From a virus, in the IMG/VR virus record IMGVR_UViG_3300028920_000057, positions 24,897 through 88,896 of that record: a stretch of 64,000 bases of DNA; one strand, given 5' to 3'. This document shows positions 57,913-64,000 of this stretch, one piece after another (position 1 is the stretch's first letter; every line of letters starts with the position of its first letter). The translations under genes were made by a program, and so were the position numbers. The notes under the pieces are model-generated. The model worked only from the letters and a program-made list of their open reading frames with translations, did not search any database and was not told the origin of the DNA.

Positions 57913-60900
57913 ATGGGAAAAGCAATTGTTAAAGCCCTGAATATGGGCATCAGCTTTGCACACCTGCTCGTGCTCACGCTGTTTGGTCTTTTTGAGAGCA
58001 GAAAGGAGAACTGGGTCGGCAGGGGCGTAGTTCTCGACAAAAACAACCTTCCTGCAGAAATAAAAAGGGCGCTTACGGGCGTCGGCAGAAAACCGCTTTA
58101 TCGCAAGATGAAGCGCAACATCGTTACTGCAGGAGCTGAACTCGTATACTTCTGCAGTAATCCTGACCAGTTCGCTGGTCAATACGGACTCACATGTGGA
58201 TTCTTTGAATGTGAAAACATTCTGGGGATCAATGTGTACAAAAGAGTTGTTGGTGCACGCAAAGTGTCTGGGGGTCCAGTGCCCTATCAACAACTAGAGT
58301 GCAAGGTGTCGCCCTGGTTTGATGAGAATGGTAAACGAAAAATAGTACTTATGTACAAAGCCTTTGTCAAGCTAAATGGCAAGGGCCGAATGAAACATCC
58401 CATTGAGGAAAGTCTTGGAGGGCGCTATGTCTACATGGTGTCTGAAAAGAACACCAGATACATGGACGTTAATGTTTACTCAATCACCTGGGAAGAAGCG
58501 GCCAAGGTCGGCTTCCGAAGAGATGAAGACGGTAAGATCAAAGGCGCGAAAAAGATCCTGCGTCGAATCTTCCGGCACACCGGAGTCCCAGAGGTCACCC
58601 GGAACATGATTGCTGCGGGAGGCTACGTGGATCCCGATCGTGTAGCGATTAACTGGGATGTCCATAAAGATGGTTGTGCCCTGATGACAACCAAGTTCGC
58701 CAATCGTATTGCCAGAACTCAAGGCAAGGTTGTCGAAATGAACAATGGCACTGTCACGCTCGATGGCAGAATTAAACAGGGAGATACTGCCATGGGGCAG
58801 ATGATGGGTGGCACGTTTAAGAAGATGATGTGGATCTTCGTGGATAAGATCCAAGGTCATCCCGAAGCCGACATCATGCTGTATGGACGTCACTTTGTGT
58901 CCAAAGCCCACGTACAGCCCATGTTCAAGGGTTGTCACGTCAGCTTCTGGAAACACCGCCACAACTTCAGGGCTACCGTGAATCTCGGTATGGCCTCAGT
59001 TCTGGAAGGGGTTGGCAAAGCCATCATCCAGGATCTCAAGGTTAGGATCGACGAACTCAAGGCTGATCCTGAGCAGGTCCTGGTAAATGATTCCAGGATG
59101 CCTCTGATAAGAATGCTGAAGAAATTCGGCGTCAAAGAAGAGTATGTAAAACTCATGACTCTTGTCAGGGCTCGTGGTGCCCTCATGTCTAAGTTCAAGA
59201 TGTTAGACGGTACTGAGAAGAAGTATCGTTGGCGTCTTCGCGGAACTGGCTCCGGCCATATCATGGGGTATCACCATGAGACCATGAAGGGTGTCATTCC
59301 TCAGAAACAGGCAAGGTGGCTTCAGAGTCTTGAAGGCAAGAGCTTCAAAGAACTGAATGGTGTATGTCCCGTTGTGATAAACAAAGACGGCACCCTGCTG
59401 TTCACCACCCTGAAGATGGCAGACACTGTGTTCCACCATCGATTTGATACTGCCGACTTTGATGACACAGCTCACGTTATCAAGGTTGGTGAAACGGAGC
59501 CCAAGCGGTTCAAGGCTGTGATGTATCGTTTCCCTGTAAGGAGAAATGGCGTTATCTATGCTGACGTATGGGACTCCAATTCTGATAGGGATTGGACGAA
59601 GTACGACCTGGAAATTATCTGGGGCAAGTACTCTAACACAGAAGATCCGTTCGAATGCGCTCCCAAGGATGGGAACGTTGTAGTAACTGATCCTGAAGAC
59701 ATAAAGGCGCTTGAAGCCAAGTATGTCAAGGCATGCGAAGAATATGCTGCCCAGGAGGCTGTTACGGCTGAAGAGCTGCGGAAGGAGATAACCAAAAAGG
59801 AAGAGGAGCTGATCAACTTTGGGGCCTGGTTCCTAATCCACCTCGCGTGCAGGTTTATCCTGAATTATCATAGAAAGTTTGGGATTCGGTTCTCAGTCGG
59901 GAGAGGGGCGCTCGTGATAACTATCGCAAGCATATCTCCTTCTGACGTGCTAGACTGGTCTTTAGGTCTGGCTAATCTCCCGGAAGACCTTACCAGAGAG
60001 GGTCTCCTCGAAGGTATGGAAACCTTTAAGGACGCCGTCAGAAACGGAGAGCTTCTGGCTCCCAGATCTATGGCTCGTGTCAACCCTCGTGCTCTTGGAG
60101 TCTGGTCTGCAGATGAAGAGCAGTATGCGGATTTTGAAGGTGAAGAGTATAAGGAAGCCCTAGCCTCCAGAACCTTTGAGGATGAGTATGAACAGGACAA
60201 TGTCCAGATTCAGGAGATACTCAAAGAGTTCAAAGCCACCATTGACAATCAGATTGATGTCGCGCTTGATGCGGCAGAAGAGCTGATCTGTCCCGGTGGT
60301 GGAGATTGGGACGACGTAAACTCCGGGGCCTGGCACCTTGGCAAACGCATTGGCGCCATCCATTGGCAAATGGGTGAACTGGCCAAGAACCTGAATAATC
60401 TCGGTCTGTCTAAGGCTGAGAAAAACGAGTTCTGGCGTAAGCGCCAAACAGCGTTAAATCATCTGACTCGACAAATGATAGACAACTGCCTTCCAAAGGC
60501 TGGTTCGTACAAATCTCGGCGTAGATATGTCGAGACTCTTGGATGGCATTTATTCGAATTCATGGTGATAGACCGGAAGTACCGGTATTTCACCCATGAT
60601 CGAGGCTTTGACCTGGCCTGTATGGGCCTGATCAGAGAACGTGCCGGTATGCTGGGGGCGTTCAAGTGTCAACGCCACCGTACTGGGCAAAAGTCGAGGT
60701 GGTATGACCAGGCCGTGAAAACGGTAGTAGGTCTCACCGATGTGGCATTCAGCATGATTGGCATTTCAGAACACAATGCCAAAAACACCCTGAAGCTCAC
60801 TCGGGAGATCAGGTGGTGCAACAGAATTGCTGGTCGTGATGCGGCTGGCAATTTCCTGGATGAAGATCAGATTGATGCTCTGAATGAAAAAGAGCTTAAA

Positions 60901-61047
60901 AGTCAGCGGGATTGGGATCAGCGTCCTGCGGACATCAACCCTGAACTCGTCAAAGAAGTGAACGAATTCATTAAGTCCTGGTACGAGAATGAGTTTGTTA
61001 AGCAGGACAAAACAGAAGAGGAGGATGAAAATGTCTCATCTATTTGA
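57913..61047 (+). CDS. 1044-aa protein, possible divergent single-chain two-barrel RNA polymerase (YonO/cellular-RdRP-like)
   Basis: The ORF is clear (AAGGA RBS). KDGCALMTTKFANRI...GQMMGGTFKKMMWIF...ADIMLY..HFVSK resembles the DPBB-B pattern DG.g.i...a..Q.R..g.KG..DI.l...K; ADFDD (59452-59466) is followed by YRFP. Function is inference. Confidence 0.45.
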   Translation: MGKAIVKALNMGISFAHLLVLTLFGLFESRKENWVGRGVVLDKNNLPAEIKRALTGVGRKPLYRKMKRNIVTAGAELVYFCSNPDQFAGQYGLTCGFFECENILGINVYKRVVGARKVSGGPVPYQQLECKVSPWFDENGKRKIVLMYKAFVKLNGKGRMKHPIEESLGGRYVYMVSEKNTRYMDVNVYSITWEEAAKVGFRRDEDGKIKGAKKILRRIFRHTGVPEVTRNMIAAGGYVDPDRVAINWDVHKDGCALMTTKFANRIARTQGKVVEMNNGTVTLDGRIKQGDTAMGQMMGGTFKKMMWIFVDKIQGHPEADIMLYGRHFVSKAHVQPMFKGCHVSFWKHRHNFRATVNLGMASVLEGVGKAIIQDLKVRIDELKADPEQVLVNDSRMPLIRMLKKFGVKEEYVKLMTLVRARGALMSKFKMLDGTEKKYRWRLRGTGSGHIMGYHHETMKGVIPQKQARWLQSLEGKSFKELNGVCPVVINKDGTLLFTTLKMADTVFHHRFDTADFDDTAHVIKVGETEPKRFKAVMYRFPVRRNGVIYADVWDSNSDRDWTKYDLEIIWGKYSNTEDPFECAPKDGNVVVTDPEDIKALEAKYVKACEEYAAQEAVTAEELRKEITKKEEELINFGAWFLIHLACRFILNYHRKFGIRFSVGRGALVITIASISPSDVLDWSLGLANLPEDLTREGLLEGMETFKDAVRNGELLAPRSMARVNPRALGVWSADEEQYADFEGEEYKEALASRTFEDEYEQDNVQIQEILKEFKATIDNQIDVALDAAEELICPGGGDWDDVNSGAWHLGKRIGAIHWQMGELAKNLNNLGLSKAEKNEFWRKRQTALNHLTRQMIDNCLPKAGSYKSRRRYVETLGWHLFEFMVIDRKYRYFTHDRGFDLACMGLIRERAGMLGAFKCQRHRTGQKSRWYDQAVKTVVGLTDVAFSMIGISEHNAKNTLKLTREIRWCNRIAGRDAAGNFLDEDQIDALNEKELKSQRDWDQRPADINPELVKEVNEFIKSWYENEFVKQDKTEEEDENVSSI

Positions 61048-61486
61048 GGTTGAGTCAAAGAACAAAAGCGGCGTGGTGACTATCCGATCACTGCGCCGTG
61101 TCAAATTCGGTGATGGCGGTAGAGATATCGTCACCATCGATATTGGCTGCAAAGAAGGGTCCAAGACACCCTGGATCAGATATAACCGCAATAAGGGCAA
61201 AAGCCACAAAGGGTGTGAGCTCAAAGGGGCGAAGTGGTATGCTTCGTTCCAGCGGTTCTATCTGGAACAATTCACGGAAGACATGATCGACACGGAAGTC
61301 GAACTTGGACCCACGGTTAAAATTAAGAAGAGAGCAGATGCCGCCGATGTGGTACCTGTTGTAACCAAAATAAGAAAAGACGAGCTCGTTCCTGAACTCA
61401 CCATTCAGGAAGAGCCAGTCGCTGAAGTTGAACTCATGGAAGAGTTCGACGATGGAATCATGGAGGTCGATGATATTGGTATGTAA
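61031..61486 (+). CDS. Hypothetical beta-rich protein with acidic C-terminal tail
   Basis: GGAGG RBS before ATG 61031; overlaps the end of the 1044-aa gene; ends EEFDDGIMEVDDIGM. Confidence 0.65.
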   Translation: MSHLFEVESKNKSGVVTIRSLRRVKFGDGGRDIVTIDIGCKEGSKTPWIRYNRNKGKSHKGCELKGAKWYASFQRFYLEQFTEDMIDTEVELGPTVKIKKRADAADVVPVVTKIRKDELVPELTIQEEPVAEVELMEEFDDGIMEVDDIGM

Positions 61487-61538
61487 TTTAAATCGGAGGT
61501 CCTTCGGGGCCTCCACATTAATAACAAAGATCTGACTG

Positions 61539-61582
61539 AAAGGCCTAGAGCTTATGCTCTGGGCCTTTTTTATTTTAGACGG
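61539..61582 (+). terminator. Hairpin/T-tract cassette copy 5
   Basis: AAAGGCCTAGAGC-TTAT-GCTCTGGGCCTTTTTTATTTTAGACGG. Confidence 0.75.
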
Positions 61583-61626
61583 CATTATGCCGTTACTATC
61601 ATTTAATCTTTTATAGGAGAATTGTT

Positions 61627-62031
61627 ATGAGAAAGATCAATGCAACCCCGCTGGAAGTCCACGAAAACATGAAAGCGCTGGCACTGAAGCATTGGGACGC
61701 TTTAACCCACACAAATGGTTATCAGATATCCAGTATCAAAGCAAAACTGGTCGCGTTGGAAGACAAGCTGAACGAGGGGTGGAAGAAGGTCAACTTTAAG
61801 AACGAGAACGTCTTCTCCCGCCTGATCAAAGAACTCGCAGTTGCGAAATCCTATCAGCTTGATGACGAGCCTCATGGAAAGGTCCTGAATGCGGGCAGTA
61901 AGTGGTATCGGATCTCCATCCTTGATGGAGACGTGACCTTCTACGAGTGGGACGGCCTGACAGATAAGGAGAGGGATCGCAGAAAAGGGATGTTCAATGT
62001 CCGTGGCTCCTTCGAAGGAGGTTGCCACTAA
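61627..62031 (+). CDS. Hypothetical protein (134 aa)
   Basis: AGGAG RBS; flanked by cassettes. Confidence 0.7.
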   Translation: MRKINATPLEVHENMKALALKHWDALTHTNGYQISSIKAKLVALEDKLNEGWKKVNFKNENVFSRLIKELAVAKSYQLDDEPHGKVLNAGSKWYRISILDGDVTFYEWDGLTDKERDRRKGMFNVRGSFEGGCH

Positions 62032-62051
62032 TCAACCTGATCTAACTAAAT

Positions 62052-62094
62052 GCCCTGGAGCATTATGCTCTGGGGCCTTTTTTATTTTCTACGG
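62052..62094 (+). terminator. Hairpin/T-tract cassette copy 6
   Basis: GCCCTGGAGCA-TTA-TGCTCTGGGGCCTTTTTTATTTTCTACGG. Confidence 0.75.
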
Positions 62095-62169
62095 ACCTCC
62101 AAGTGTTAACATTTGCAGCAGGAGGCTCTAAGCAGGAGGTCTTTTAAGGGGGGGGTATTTTTGCTCCGC

Positions 62170-62290
62170 TCGCGTCGCTCGCTACGTATTCGCTCGCGTC
62201 GCTCGCTCAAGTCCTCTCGCGTCGCTCGCGTCCTGTTGGTCGCGTCGCTCCCAACTAGGGTCGCGTCGCTCCCCTACGCTCGCGTCGCTC
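62170..62290. repeat. Array of six TCGCGTCGCTC 11-mers
   Basis: Copies start at 62170, 62194, 62217, 62240, 62261 and 62280; intergenic. Confidence 0.9.
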
Positions 62291-62396
62291 GCGTATCCCG
62301 AAATAACGGTGAAATCTTAATTCCAAACAGAAATAAAGGTGAATTAAGAAAAAAGAGTGTTTGAAGTTTTTTAAAACCTTAACAGAAGGAAGACCT

Positions 62397-63041
62397 ATGA
62401 TTAAAAGTAAAGTAACCGGAAATGTCGTGACGTCCGTTGACGTGTCCAAGATTGCAGTCCGCAATCAGGGCATTGCCGAAACCGCAGCAAAAGACGGTGC
62501 ACTTGCGTGTCGTCTGTGGATTTCGAATGGCCGTGAGGCTACTGACAAATCCGCCGGCTCCAAGGCAGGTATTCGTCTGCAGCTGTCTCTCGTAGACGCT
62601 GAAAAGAATGAGCTTCTGGACTTTGAGTCCAATGAAGACGCAAGCTTCGTCAACAAGATGGAGCAGTTCTTCTGCGGCACACGTCCCCAGGGAGCTCCCC
62701 GTTCCAAAATCAACTATCAGCATGCGGGTGTCCATACCAGGGCAGTCGTTGACGGTAAGCCGTACGAGATGCAGATTCCCCTGTATGAAGATGCCGGTGA
62801 AGGCCTGAAGCTGATGGGCAATATCGTTATTACCTTCGAAGCTAAAGCTGCCAAGACCAGCCTCGGCGAAAACATCCCCGTAACCTCCGGGTTCGGCGAT
62901 AACCTGGCGTCCTACTTCAAGCGGATAGAAGAAGAACAAGACGCAGAAGCGGAACGCCTCGAACAGGAACTCAAGCAGAAGCAGAGCACCGAAGTGGTTG
63001 ACCCTGATTCAGCAAAGAGCACCGTTGAATACGGTGCATAA
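62397..63041 (+). CDS. Hypothetical protein (214 aa)
   Basis: GAAGGA RBS before ATG 62397; acidic helical C-terminus. Confidence 0.7.
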   Translation: MIKSKVTGNVVTSVDVSKIAVRNQGIAETAAKDGALACRLWISNGREATDKSAGSKAGIRLQLSLVDAEKNELLDFESNEDASFVNKMEQFFCGTRPQGAPRSKINYQHAGVHTRAVVDGKPYEMQIPLYEDAGEGLKLMGNIVITFEAKAAKTSLGENIPVTSGFGDNLASYFKRIEEEQDAEAERLEQELKQKQSTEVVDPDSAKSTVEYGA

Positions 63042-63171
63042 TCACCCTAGGGAGAGTAAGACTTGGACATAGCTACGCATCCGCTCATTGGAAGCTAGGT
63101 ATAAGGCTACGAGCTGTTAAGGCAAGTCTTGCTCCCCCTTTTTTTCACACCAGTTATCAGAAAGAAATATC

Positions 63172-63741
63172 ATGAACCTCGAAGCCATCATCAAAAGTAC
63201 TTTCATGGCCAACCCGAAGCACGCTGCCACCCTCGTCGGCCAGCGTCCCTTTGGGTCGCAGTGGTCAGAAGAGTATACGCCCGAAACCGAAGATGACCTC
63301 GCTGCCATTTTTGCTGAAGCCCAGGAAATCCCCTTTGAAGGGATGCCCGCAGACACAGCTATCCCCATCTGCCGTTACTTCCGTCTTGAAGCGGGTGAGA
63401 TTTGTGGCAAAGAACGTTTTCTCCTGACAAATGACATCGCTCCCGACATGGAAGTCGTAGTGAGAGCCGGAGCCCATGGCCTCGAGCTTGCGCTGACCAA
63501 CCGCGATGACGACCTTGACCGCGAAGTTTCCAAGGCATGGCTCATTGTTGGGCCGGCTGAAGACGAAGAAGGCAACAGCCTTGCTGAAACCGAGAATCCT
63601 ATGATGGTCTGGACTGCCTATCCCGGCAGCATCACTGCCAGACTACCGAAGGATTTCTTTGAAAAACACAGCCTCGTTGAGGGCGACACAGTTCCTCACG
63701 AGATACTGTCCCAATACCCCAACTGTGCAGTTAAATACTGA
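63172..63741 (+). CDS. Hypothetical protein (189 aa)
   Basis: Clean ORF with codon usage like its neighbours; LIVGP...MVWTAYPG motif. Confidence 0.7.
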   Translation: MNLEAIIKSTFMANPKHAATLVGQRPFGSQWSEEYTPETEDDLAAIFAEAQEIPFEGMPADTAIPICRYFRLEAGEICGKERFLLTNDIAPDMEVVVRAGAHGLELALTNRDDDLDREVSKAWLIVGPAEDEEGNSLAETENPMMVWTAYPGSITARLPKDFFEKHSLVEGDTVPHEILSQYPNCAVKY

Positions 63742-63892
63742 TTTTCCATAGCTACACTCTTAGTGCAGAGATAAAGAGCAGAGTGTCGCAGTAAGAGAAA
63801 AGACTCCAATCCTTTCAACCAGGTTACCTGTCCTGGATAAACCTGCTCAACAGGCTTTTTATTATCACACCATTTATTATTAAGGAAATATC

Positions 63893-64000
63893 ATGAACAA
63901 ATGGCTCACAATCTCAATCGTCAGCGGAGCAGCTACCGCTGGTTTTCTTGCTGGCAAATTCTCAGACCAGATTGTAAAAGGCTCCAAAGCAGCCGCTGGT
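63893..64000 (+). CDS. Partial CDS with hydrophobic N-terminus
   Basis: AAGGA RBS; MNKWLTISIVSGAATAGFLAGKFSDQIVKGSKAAAG runs off the window. Confidence 0.5.
   Translation, partial: MNKWLTISIVSGAATAGFLAGKFSDQIVKGSKAAAG

Noticed and set aside
62170-62290. 11-mer array as a CRISPR, or ORF 62113..62364 as a gene
   Set aside because: Repeats and spacers are far too short for CRISPR; the ORF starts at TTG without an RBS and only translates the repeat.
57907-63575. Minus-strand ORFs over the early region
   Set aside because: Antisense to well-supported plus-strand genes that have RBSs and plus-oriented terminators.
1-64000. tRNA/rRNA genes, integrase, transposase, endolysin, glycosyltransferase
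   Set aside because: None recognisable by eye; a covariance or HMM search would be needed to exclude divergent copies.

Overview
The window looks like part of a large tailed (myovirus-like) bacteriophage genome, with no sign of host chromosome. Positions 1-55892 are one tightly packed minus-strand late block: two nucleotide-sugar enzymes, a class-3 lipase, putative TerS, a DEDDh exonuclease fusion and other Gly/Ala-rich putative internal proteins, TerL, portal, protease/scaffold, decoration protein, major capsid, neck, sheath, three tube paralogues, chaperones, a tape-measure-like protein, a 1857-aa two-barrel RNA-polymerase-like protein, a 2801-aa hub protein with an embedded thermonuclease domain, and baseplate/fibre genes. 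The last gene (<1..3034) runs off the window and is missing from the ORF track. Near 56.0 kb the coding strand switches at a perfect 41-bp direct repeat. From 56.3 to 64 kb are plus-strand early-type genes, mostly small, separated by a repeated hairpin+T6ATTT(T)..ACG cassette, plus a 1044-aa protein that may be a second, atypical RNA polymerase. Two candidate systems stand out: (1) a two-RNAP transcription programme (virion DFDFD enzyme, early ADFDD/RxP enzyme, cassette signals in the early region, host sigma70-type promoters for the late block); (2) a possible virion glycosylation system (acidic-leader poly-Ser tracts on six structural proteins plus phage-encoded UDP-uronic-acid synthesis enzymes). 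All assignments come from reading motifs and gene order; no database search was run.
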